Source: Vicugna vicugna | Taxonomy: Eukaryota | Assembly (NCBI GenBank): GCA_013265495.1 | Contig: MU058384.1 | Span: 371,622-435,621, forward strand | Length of the DNA stretch: 64,000 bases | Reading direction: 5' to 3' | Part shown: piece by piece, positions 63,740-64,000 of the stretch | How positions within the stretch are numbered: the first letter of the stretch is position 1 | Layout of the letters: every line of letters starts with the position of its first letter | Position numbers and translations under genes: made by a program | Notes under the pieces: generated by a model | Told to the model about the DNA's origin: nothing | The model's database searches: none | Seen by the model: the letters and a program-made list of their open reading frames with translations, nothing else

Positions 63740-63943
63740 CTCAGCAAATTTGTTGACTACTATGTTTACAGTGCTTATCCATCTGCATTCTAAGTTTCAT
63801 TGGTTGAAAATTTATCATTAATCTTTCAGTATTGAGATAAAAAATTCATTTGGCTAGTCAGGCTCATAGAGACACAGTGATTGAATCTCTGTGAACACCT
63901 CCACTAATAGAGACTGAGCAATTTGGCTGACAAAATGAGATAC
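63740..63943 (-). pseudogene. candidate exon (204 nt)
   Basis: acceptor cttttcattcaactttttgtaattcttgcccatag|G and donor GAG|gtaaga; no frame fully open. Confidence 0.5.
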
Positions 63944-64000
63944 CTATGGGCAAGAATTACAAAAAGTTGAATGAAAAGTATTCATGAAAATATAGAAGTC

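Overview
AT-rich, CpG-poor eutherian (placental mammal) genomic DNA, dominated by interspersed repeats, with one 520-N assembly gap (48283-48802). I found no intact protein-coding gene, tRNA/rRNA gene or CRISPR array. Repeats include old and young LINE-1 pieces, L2, MIR, MaLR/ERVL LTRs (MLT1C, MLT1D, MLT2, LTR33, LTR16-like) and hAT MITEs (MER5A, MER58, MER63). Family names come from my recall of consensus sequences, not from a database search. I recognised no Alu, B1/B2, Bov-tA/BovB, PRE1 or SINEC elements; together with the young L1 sequence this suggests a camelid-like laurasiatherian (inference). Most notable observations: (1) a chain of exon-like segments with good splice signals on the minus strand (~51.8-64 kb) but no clean reading frame, possibly a decayed multi-exon gene or a spliced lncRNA; (2) an LTR-less class III (ERV-L-like) integrase core at ~47.2-47.7 kb, with a possible second pol piece at ~49.6-50.2 kb, bracketed by two ends of minus-strand L1; (3) a 173-bp templated insertion copied from 2.5 kb away; (4) a ~115-bp microinversion across an MLT1D/MLT2 junction; (5) a young 5'-truncated L1 with a 13-bp tandem duplication at its 5' junction.
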